DNA of 44,907 nt from Octopus bimaculoides (lineage: Eukaryota). The number at the start of each line of letters is the position of its first letter. Within the stretch, counting starts at the first letter, position 1. The notes under the pieces are model-generated. The model was not told where the DNA came from and ran no database searches. It saw nothing but the letters and a program-made list of their open reading frames with translations. The DNA is taken from the NCBI RefSeq assembly GCF_001194135.2, contig NC_068985.1, positions 52,402,507-52,447,413 of the forward strand, given 5' to 3'. Below, piece by piece: positions 35,790 through 44,907 of the stretch. The translations under genes and the position numbers were made by a program.

Positions 35790-35909
35790 ATGTTTTGCCT
35801 TTTATTCTTTCAGGGTCCATAAAATAAGTACCAGTTGAGCACTGGGGTCAATGTAATCGACCAGTCCCATCCCCACAAAAATTGCTGCCCTTGTGGCAAA
35901 CTTTGAAAC

Positions 35910-35976
<67 letters not shown>

Positions 35977-36087
35977 GCCTGTCGCTACGTTCTGAGTTCC
36001 AGTTCTACCGAAGTCGACTTTGCATTTTACCCTTTCGGGATCGATAAATTAAGTACCAGTCAAGTACTGGGACCGATGTGATGGACT
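35790..36087 (+). mobile_element. Two SINE family B fragments (35790-35910 and 35977-36087) separated by (ATT)n
   Basis: TTTGCCTTT..TAAGTACCAGTTGAGCACTGGGGTCAATGTAATCGAC..TTTGAAACCATTATT; CTACGTTCTGAGTTC..GTCGACTTTGC..GATAAATTAAGTACCAG. Confidence 0.88.
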
Positions 36088-36094
36088 ATTATTA

Positions 36095-37536
36095 TTCAGT
36101 AGTCTTATTTTTATCACGTGCTTTCACTGCACTACCGAGCGTAGATCTGTATGTCTTGGGTGTGTGCTGTGGTTTCGGGTGATGCCCTATTTTTACAGTA
36201 TTGAAAATGTTTTGCGTAGGATGTGTGCGGTGCCTAATAGTACTATTTTCTGTATTTTATATATATTTTTCAGTCTTGGTGTTTTTGTAATGTATTTGTC
36301 TGAATATGTTTTTATCACACCTAATGCGTCTACTATGATAGGAAATGTTTGTCTTTAGACTCCACATTCGAGTTACCTCTATTTCCAGATCGTTGTATTT
36401 TGAAAGTTTCTTCGTTTCTTTTAGAGACACATTGTCATCTGTTGGTATTGATACATCGATTAGAAAGCATTTTTTTCTTCGTGATCTCCGACAACTATAT
36501 CCGGTCTATTCACCTTTAATTTCTCTATCCGTGTATTTGCATATCTCAGAGTATGGTTGCTTTCTCACTTTCTGTGACCTTTTCTGGCGTGTGCTTATAC
36601 CACTTTTTTTCTGTTGTTATTCCAAAGTTTTGGCATAGATTCCAGTGTATATAGATCCCATCTCTGTTATGTCTGTGAATATATTCTTTCTTAGCCAGGA
36701 CTGGGCAGCCAAGGACAATATGATTTACTGTTTCTTCTCCATCTCCACATATTCTGCAGTTACTTGTATTTCTTTTCATTACATGTTTTTGGTGATTTCT
36801 AATGGGAAGATTTTGATCATGTGCTGCAATTAAAAATCCTTCAGTCTCTGCTTTGAGTTCTAAGCTTCTCAGCCATTGATGGGATTTGCTTTGTTCATTT
36901 CTTTTCTGTTTAGTTTAACCAAATATTTGCCATGAAGGGGCTTTTCTTGCCATCGTTTTATCATGATCTGTTGCTATTCCAGTTTTAGTTAGGATTTCAG
37001 TTGTTTTACAGCTTTTGTTGTTTCTTCTTTTTCTTCATAGTTGTTAGGTAGTATGACTTCTTTTTTGTATTTGTCAACTTCGTAAAGTCTGAAAACAGTT
37101 CTTGGTTTTGTTTGTGTTTTGTGGCTATTTATATTAGCTTTACCTTGCTTCTGAGGTAGGTATTTCTGTAGTCCTTGGTGGTTATTTTGTAATAGTTTTC
37201 TAGCTGTATAAGTTCTCTACTACCTTCGAAACGTTGTACATATAACCTTTCTGTGTCATATTTTGGGTGGTGCATCCTAAATTCTGTCATTACTTCTCTT
37301 GTCTATTTTGATTAGTTTATTTAGCGTCCGGTTAAGAATATTGTAGCTGTATCTTATAACTGGAACGGCTAGAGTGTTGATACGTATTGTCTTGTTTTTC
37401 GCACTGACATCTGGTTTCACTATTAATCTAACTTGTCTGTAGTATTCCTTTTATATATTTCTCTTTCATGTGTGTGTTGTATCGTATCTAGTTCATTGAT
37501 TCATTAGAATTTGTATTTCTGGCTTTGGTCTAATTT
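36095..37536 (-). mobile_element. Dong/R4-type element, ~1.4 kb, 5'-truncated and heavily decayed
   Basis: Minus strand INTLAVPVIRYS..CRICGDGEETVNHIVLGCPVLAKKEYIHRHNRDGIYIHWNLCQ..KKWYKHTPEKV..IVEALG..QKIVLLGTAHILRK; flanked by ATT and (CTT)n(ATT)n. Confidence 0.93.
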
Positions 37537-37597
37537 TCTTCTTCTTCTTCTTCTTCTTCTTCTTCTTCTTCTTCTTCTTCTTCTTCTTCTTCTTCTT

Positions 37598-37688
<91 letters not shown>

Positions 37689-37693
<5 letters not shown>

Positions 37694-38055
37694 TCCGCTT
37701 TTGCGAAGGCGGAGGAATTGTTTTCAGTCTTGTTTGTTTGTTTGTCTGTGGACAATATANNNNNNNNNNNNNNNNNNNNNNNNNNNNNNNNNNNNNNNNN
37801 NNNNNNNNNNNNNNNNNNNNNNNNGGCCTCGTGAGTGGCATGAAATGATTAGATTTTTGTATCGATCCATTAACGAACAAGGATTCTGGATTATTTTTCC
37901 GGTATTTTGAGAGCGGTCGGGTTCATTTCTAGTATTCTAGTTTGTGAGAGCAGTGGAGTTTATTTCAGATATTCTCATTTTAAAAATCATCTCTGGCTAT
38001 TTGTTGAGAAGACGTTGGTGTTGCCTTGGCGGAGGTTTGCGCTCTCTGAGTGCTC

Positions 38056-38060
<5 letters not shown>
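37689..38060 (+). mobile_element. Helentron-associated non-autonomous element (HINE/DINE-1-like architecture)
   Basis: Subterminal inverted repeats ACCTCCGC (37691-98) / GCGGAGGT (38029-36); 5' hairpin CCTCCGC..GCGGAGG; internal (GTTT)n; 3' stem-loop GCGCTC-TCT-GAGTGC (38039-53); TT-rich flanks. Confidence 0.82.
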
Positions 38061-38138
<78 letters not shown>

Positions 38139-38139
<1 letters not shown>

Positions 38140-38900
38140 TTTTGTAACACAGTGAAGGTTAAAATGTACCGGAGTCTCTAGTCATCAGTCAATTCATAAC
38201 AAGGACCTCAGAGAGATAATACTTTCCTTAAGATGTACCGGTCACCTTAATCTTGCATGGGATTTCCAGTTGCCTTAAGAAGTTTTGAAGTTTCAATGGG
38301 ATTGAGCCCAACGCTCCGATCACCACTGGTATCATTTCAGCATTACTTTCTTGCATTCCATACAGTCTTACCTTTTCCACTTTCAATTCGGAGAGCTTTC
38401 TGATTTTTTCAACCTCTTTATTCACAATATTCATAACATTTGGTATGGCTACATCAATGATCTGACAGTATTTGTCTCTCTTATTCAATATAACAATATC
38501 CAGCCGACGGTGTTCGATTACACGATCCTTCTGAAAATCATAGTCCCAGAGTATCGTTACTTTTCCATCCTCCTGCATAACTTTACTTGGCACATGCTCA
38601 TACCAGTTCTCTGTTACTTCCTATTGGTATTTACGGTATAAGAGCCAATGAAGATACATACACACTTTATTGTGGTGGCATTTGTATTCTTTTTGTTCAA
38701 GGCTCTCACATCCACTTACCAAGTGGGTCACATTTTCAACACGCTTTCCACAGAGTCTGCATTTCTGGGTGTCAGAAGTTTTATAGATGTTATACTTCAC
38801 TGAATTGGTAGCGAGAGCCTGGTCTTGTGCGGCAATGATAAGGCTTTCGATGGTACGCTTCGAATCACCTCGCTTGTGTATTCATTTCAAACTGTCTACG

Positions 38901-38901
<1 letters not shown>
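38139..38901 (-). mobile_element. Dong/R4-type 3' fragment (CCHC plus RLE), distinct subfamily, in (TAA)n
   Basis: ESLIIAAQDQALATN..CRLCGKRVENVTHLVSGCESL..WYEHVPSKV..ILWDYDFQKDRVIEHRRLDIV..IIDVAIP..MIPVVIGALGSIP; (ATT)n on both sides. Confidence 0.93.
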
Positions 38902-38973
<72 letters not shown>

Positions 38974-39894
38974 GTTTTACTTCTCAGAGCGCTCGATCTT
39001 GTTTACTGTGGTAGATTCTGTGAGAGCGGAGACCTCTCAGAGGTCTCACAAGGTCTCTTTATTATTNNNNNNNNNNNNNNNNNNNNNNNNNNNNNNNNNN
39101 NNNNNNNNNNNNNNNNNNNNNNNNNNNNNNNNNNNNNNNNNNNNNNNNNNNNNNNNNNNNNNNNNNNNNNNNNNNNNNNNNNNNNNNNNNNNNNNNNNNN
39201 NNNNNNNNNNNNNNNNNNNNNNNNNNNNNNNNNNNNNNNNNNNNNNNNNNNNNNNNNNNNNNNNNNNNNNNNNNNNNNNNNNNNNNNNNNNNNNNNNNNN
39301 NNNNNNNNNNNNNNNNNNNNNNNNNNNNNNNNNNNNNNNNNNNNNNNNNNNNNNNNNNNNNNNNNNNNNNNNNNNNNNNNNNNNNNNNNNNNNNNNNNNN
39401 NNNNNNNNNNNNNNNNNNNNNNNNNNNNNNNNNNNNNNNNNNNNNNNNNNNNNNNNNNNNNNNNNNNNNNNNNNNNNNNNNNNNNNNNNNNNNNNNNNNN
39501 NNNNNNNNNNNNNNNNNNNNNNNNNNNNNNNNNNNNNNNNNNNNNNNNNNNNNNNNNNNNNNNNNNNNNNNNNNNNNNNNNNNNNNNNNNNNNNNNNNNN
39601 NNNNNNNNNNNNNNNNNNNNNNNNNNNNNNNNNNNNNNNNNNNNNNNNNNNNNNNNNNNNNNNNNNNNNNNNNNNNNNNNNNNNNNNNNNNNNNNNNNNN
39701 NNNNNNNNNNNNNNNNNNNNNNNNNNNNNNNNNNNNNNNNNNNNNNNNNNNNNNNNNNNNNNNNNNNNNNNNNNNNNNNNNNNNNNNNNNNNNNNNNNNN
39801 NNNNNNNNNNNNNNNNNNNNNNNNNNNNNNNNNNNNNNNNNNNNNNNNNNNNNNNNNNNNNNNNNNNNNNNNNNNNNNNNNNNNNNNNNNNNNT

Positions 39895-39957
39895 ACCACT
39901 ACCACTACTACTACTACCACCAGCACCACGACCACGACCACGATCACGACCACCACG

Positions 39958-40025
<68 letters not shown>

Positions 40026-40095
40026 TCTACTACTATTACTACTACTACTACTACACACACACACACATACACACATACACACACACGTACACAAA
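39895..40095. repeat. (CAC/CGA/CTA)n trinucleotide and (CA)n tracts after a gap
   Basis: Read directly. Confidence 0.95.
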
Positions 40096-41112
40096 CAAGA
40101 AAAAATAAAAACTTAACAAAAGATGTTGCATAGTAAGACAATATAAAAGCGATATTCACGAAAAATTAATGGCAATTTCATTAAGAATGTTAGGAGTTTT
40201 GAAGCATTTCTAGATATTTTATCGACAGCAACACCGACGTCACCAACAAAATTCGTGCTCACTGACACACACACACTGACACACACATTGAGATACGCAC
40301 ACTGAAGCACGCATGCGCGCGCGCCACAATCTGCGATGACCGTATTCATTGTTACTGGGACCTGGCAAATTTTCCCGTGAATATTGTTATTGTTGTATTT
40401 TGCCTTAGGAAAACAATTTCCTTCTTGAAACAGTTTCCGTTGGCAAATGTGTCGTAACATGTTAAGATTGAATATGCGAAATATTTGATTTGATTCTCGC
40501 TATTATGCGTGCACATGATACTTGTTTATCAACTTATCAGACATCAACACGTATCAGCAAATAGTGTGTTTGCTGAGCTCTATAAACAAGAACGACAATC
40601 CTTGTTTAGATTCAGTGATCCGGTGTGTATGTTTGACGGAAGAGATACTATGAAGTTGAAACACCAGTGTCTCAAAGTCCTCTTCTGTCACTGAATCATG
40701 TGCGTTATTGTAAAGGGGGATGTTGTTCTCTGAAGGCGAAACAAAAAAATTAGACTATTCAGTGTCAAAACGCTCGGAATATGTCAAACATGAATATATA
40801 CATCATTGAAAATTAAAAGTTTGTCTGAGATGTTTTTGTAACAGAGAGAACTAGACATGATTAAATTTATGCAAGAAGTATGTGAAACAGCACAATCTTT
40901 CCTCATCTGAGTCGTATATTTAAGAAAAGGTAACGATGGAAGATGATGGGTTTATACACACTGAAAATGATGGTGGTTGGGTTTGTGTTGTCGTGCAATG
41001 AGCAAATGGAAAATGTAGTACCAAATATCTAGTGTGGCAGACCCGTGAAACTGTCTCCTGTTTAGAACCGAGGCCACCAAGGAAAAAGCAAACAGAAGTA
41101 GTGAGAGGCATA

Positions 41113-41328
41113 CAACGGGGTGCTGAAAAATTCCTGGCTTCAAGGGTATCGCGAAAGGCGTGGTTGGAAGGACAACGTTCCGGGCTCTTATACAGGGCTC
41201 AGAAAAAAACTAAAGGACCGCTGCAATGTATGAGAATCTGAGAGGAGAATATATTAAATAAAATCATAATTAACTGATGCTCCTGTATTTTCTTTTATCC
41301 AAAGCCAGGAACTTTTCAGCACCCCTCG
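41113..41328. mobile_element. mariner-type MITE/deletion derivative, 216 bp
   Basis: TA-CAACGGGGTGCTGAAAAATTCCTGGCTT ... AAAGCCAGGAACTTTTCAGCACCCCTCG-TA; the TIR start resembles mariner (Hsmar2-like CGAGGGG) termini. Confidence 0.85.
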
Positions 41329-41412
41329 TACATCCGTTCTTATATTTTTTAACCGAAAACAAAGTATAACGGTGGTAGACAAGGATATCGGCCATGATTT
41401 TGACCAGTGGTT

Positions 41413-42041
41413 CGTTTCTCCCCTTGTATCGCTGAATGGAAGATGGTCATTGTAGTGGTGACGAGAGGAAGTAAGTGGTTGGGAACACAAGTCTTAATGA
41501 TCTCAATATCATCATTATGGTTGTGGTAGCAAGAGTTGCTTGAAGTTTGTTTTTTTGGCCCTGAAGAGTTGGAAAAGCGAAAAGGAGTTAACGGAGAGAA
41601 CTTAATGGAGGTGGATTGGTCGAATACATTGATTCCAGTGTTCAACTGGTACTTATTCTATTAACCCCAAAACGATGAAAGGCAAAGGTGATCTCAGCAA
41701 AATTTGAATTCAGGACGTAAAGAGGGCTGAAATACCATTAAGCATTCGTCCAGCATGCTAACAATTCTCGGCGGTGCCCAGTCTAATACCACACTTCTCT
41801 TTAATGGCCCGTTTCCACAATTGTATCGCTGAATGGGAGGTGGTCAATTTAGTGGTACTGAAGAAGATATGTGGTTGGGAACACAAGCCCTAATGGTCTC
41901 TGAAGACAACAACGATATATCGAAGGGTGTAAGCGTGATAGAAGAAAGCAGAAAGTCCAGCCGTTATGGCTGTGATAGCAAGAGCTACTTGAAGATTTTT
42001 TTGCCCTGAAGAGTTGGAAAACAAGAGTGGGTAGCGGAGAG
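41413..42041. repeat. Diverged direct repeats (41413-41598 and 41810-42041) flanking a - strand SINE family B copy (~41600-41775)
   Basis: Shared TTGTATCGCTGAATGG.AG.TGGTCA.T.TAGTGGT..GTGGTTGGGAACACAAG..TAATG.TCTC..TATGG.TGTG.TAGCAAGAG..CTTGAAG..GCCCTGAAGAGTTGGAAAA..CGGAGAG; copy 2 has ~45-50 extra bases. Confidence 0.85.
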
Positions 42042-42539
42042 CTGTAAACCTAAGTTTACAAAGCACTATCAATTTCAACACCATAGATTACGGATCCTGT
42101 AGCATCGCCTCTTTCACCAACCCGGTCATTGTAGTTCCGAGAGTCGACGTAAACACTATCTAATTTCTGTTGGCAGGAACGAAAAGTGGCGTGGCCCGGC
42201 GTAGAAACAGTACAACTCATCTTTTTTTATAAAGGAGGATATTGGAGACTTTCAAGCTGCAGCCATCGTTTTAGCGATATCAAGGTCTACATTATCTAAT
42301 ATTAAGCCCTTTTTAAAACATGCTAACGTCTGATTTGAGGAAAGTTTGGATACATTTTCTAGCAACTAAATCAATCATGCAGAGATTTTCCTTTCTGGGA
42401 ATATGATTGATGAATTAGTGGAAAAATTGAGTGAACAAAAATGTTAACAGTTTTCTCGGGAGAAGAAAATAGCAATTCAAACTCATTTCATTGCATGGAA
42501 CACACGGACACAGAGACACAGGCACATATACATATACGC

Positions 42540-42564
42540 ATATGCGCACACACACATACATACA

Positions 42565-42598
<34 letters not shown>

Positions 42599-43340
42599 CA
42601 TACATATCTGACAGAAACCTACCCGCCGACTTCCAACCACATACACATACAATATGCATTCATACAGACATATGCACAGATATAACGTTCACATATGCAT
42701 ACTCCCTCTCTCTCCCTCTCTCTCCCTCTCTCTCTCCCTCTCTCTCTCCCTCTCTCTTTCCCTCTTTCTCTCCCTCTCTCTCTCCCTCTCTCTCTCCCTC
42801 NNNNNNNNNNNNNNNNNNNNNNNNNNNNNNNNNNNNNNNNNNNNNNNNNNNNNNNNNNNNNNNNNNNNNNNNNNNNNNNNNNNNNNNNNNNNNNNNNNNN
42901 NNNNNNNNNNNNNNNNNNNNNNNNNNNNNNNNNNNNNNNNNNNNNNNNNNNNNNNNNNNNNNNNNNNNNNNNNNNNNNNNNNNNNNNNNNNNNNNNNNNN
43001 NNNNNNNNNNNNNNNNNNNNNNNNNNNNNNNNNNNNNNNNNNNNNNNNNNNNNNNNNNNNNNNNNNNNNNNNNNNNNNNNNNNNNNNNNNNNNNNNNNNN
43101 NNNNNNNNNNNNNNNNNNNNNNNNNNNNNNNNNNNNNNNNNNNNNNNNNNNNNNNNNNNNNNNNNNNNNNNNNNATTCCCAGAGAGACATACGCAAATGT
43201 AGAGACACACAAAGACATAGACTCATACACACAGACATAAACTGAGACATTTATAGACAGGCACAGAAATATATACACACACACACGCACACACACACGC
43301 ACGCGCATGCGCACACACACACACACACACACACACACTA
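42540..43340. repeat. (CATA)n, (CT)n/(CCCTCTCT)n and (CA)n tracts with gap 42801-43175
   Basis: Read directly. Confidence 0.95.
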
Positions 43341-44449
43341 ATAGAAAATGGTCCCGACTAAAAACTGGAGTAGCCATTATCCAGCAGTCTAGTGTTGTGA
43401 CAAGATGTCAACGGAAAATGGTGTTGAAGTAATTTAAAAAAAAAAAACATAAGGAGTAACAAAATAATCAATAAAGGGCAAAGAAAAGATCAATCATATT
43501 AAAGTTGACAGGACCTTAGGGACTGGAAAAATAAATAGAAAATCTCGATGACTAATACAGTATTCCATATTTTTGTAGATTCCACAAATTTGTATCCGAG
43601 TCTAATAGATGTATCTAGGTTGTTATAGACGAGGGTGGGGTGTTGAAAATAAATTGAAGATTTATTAAAGGTACTGAGATAATCAATATATAGATACACG
43701 GAGAAATTAAGGTACGTGTTGCTGTTTCTATATTTTTTATTTTGATATATATATATATATTCAGTTAGGGGTTATGTTAGCTTCATGAAAGGATGGTGTC
43801 ATCCAAGGAAATACTGGTTCAATACCTAATATTTTGTGGAGAAATGATTTCCTTAAAATAATAGATTTGTATAGTTTATATTCATGCAAGGGAAAAAGAA
43901 GAAAATGGAGATTTTGAAGTTAATAATAGTTTATTATTAGCAACAAATCGATCATTATACCGTACAGCTGTTTCGATTATACACAGTGAAATTAACTAAA
44001 TATTAAATTCATATTTCTGAGCATGATCTATTCAGAGGGAGAAATATACCCTTAGATGTTATGTATGTTTGTTTGTAGATTCATCGCAGCAGACTAAATG
44101 ATTCTGTTTATGGTTTGTATTTATATGTTCTGGCGAAGGGTTTGTAGGTTGGTTGGAGGTAGGATAGAGTAGGTAAATAGAATAAGAGTAATAAATGAAT
44201 GAATAAATAAAGATTATAGAGTAAATTACACTATAAATAAAGTACAGTATAAATAATACTTCCTTACCTTATTTATATTGTACTACAACTTGAAGGCAGG
44301 AAAACATCACGGTCAGTTAATTTTTAAACAAAACAATCTCCGTTACGTTTTTGGCAAGGTGGAATTATCCTCCCCTTACAACTGTTCCCGCCGCGTCGAC
44401 ATCGACTTCCGCTGTTGGTAACATTTTCCTAGTCGGCAAATGGAGTATT

Positions 44450-44860
44450 TCACGTTTGCAGCATAAATTTCCTCTAGTAAGGGTATTGATTAAACACTAT
44501 CTTTTAGAGTTTAAAAAGGTCCCCGGATCAAGTGAGTTTTTCAAGATCCTTGCAGTATCAGCCAAGTAAGGCTCACAGCGTTTGTTCCCGTTGAGATATG
44601 GTACCTGTTTTTCTAGGAGCCTCTATTTAATTATGTATGGCGTATTCTCCTCTTTTAAACGCCACATATACATGCATGAGCAAAGACTCAGAAACATCTC
44701 CCTGAATGCTGACTAGGCTGGGTGGAGGAATTTGTCTCTCCCTCGCAAACATAAGGACACAGTAATTGTGTCAAGGCCGACGGGAAGCGGTTCAGCTTCC
44801 TAGGGCTAAACAGCAGTAGTATATTCCCTTATTGGGATTGTCACATTAAGTTGACAATAT

Positions 44861-44868
<8 letters not shown>
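44450..44868 (-). pseudogene. Penelope-like element GIY-YIG relic (same broad type as 32245-32851), decayed
   Basis: Minus strand VVYCQLNV..IYYCCLALGS*..HN../YMWRLKEENTPYIIK*RLLEKQVPYLNGNKRCEPYLADTARILKNSLDPGTFLNSKR*../YPY*RKFMLQT* parallels the YIWxLK..IKW..PY.NG.KRC.LCL.E..LLN.R..C.H..KF terminus. Confidence 0.75.
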
Positions 44869-44903
<35 letters not shown>

Positions 44904-44907
44904 ATAT

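Noticed and set aside
40460-41105. Possible transposase or coding relic
   Set aside because: Stops in all frames and no motif I can recognise.
41413-42041. LTR retrotransposon (paired LTRs)
   Set aside because: No TG..CA termini, PBS/PPT or TSD; the interior is only a SINE.
32461-44868. In-frame TGA codons in the Naiad-like relics as selenocysteine
   Set aside because: The TGAs are not at conserved Cys positions and co-occur with TAA/TAG stops and frameshifts, indicating decay.

Overview
AT-rich, microsatellite-saturated, gapped (about 14 N-runs) animal genomic DNA. The SINE families and repeat landscape look like an octopus (cephalopod) genome; this is an inference. No host protein-coding gene can be supported, and nearly all ORFs in the supplied track are translations of microsatellites or N-gaps. 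The window holds two abundant tRNA-derived SINE families, at least five 5'-truncated Dong/R4-type non-LTR retrotransposon copies sitting in (TAA)n arrays, three decayed Penelope-like element (PLE) GIY-YIG fragments, TA-flanked Tc1/mariner/pogo MITEs, an 8-bp-TSD hAT MITE and a Helentron-type HINE. The least obvious signal is a set of type I hammerhead ribozyme (HHR) motifs, most with a different palindromic helix III. One looks nearly intact (3312-3402), two lie downstream of PLE endonuclease relics, and several sit in non-coding inverted-repeat units. One of these units (24912-25492) has a retrozyme-like 414-bp direct-repeat period. All alignments and folds were done by eye, so boundaries may be off by a few bases.
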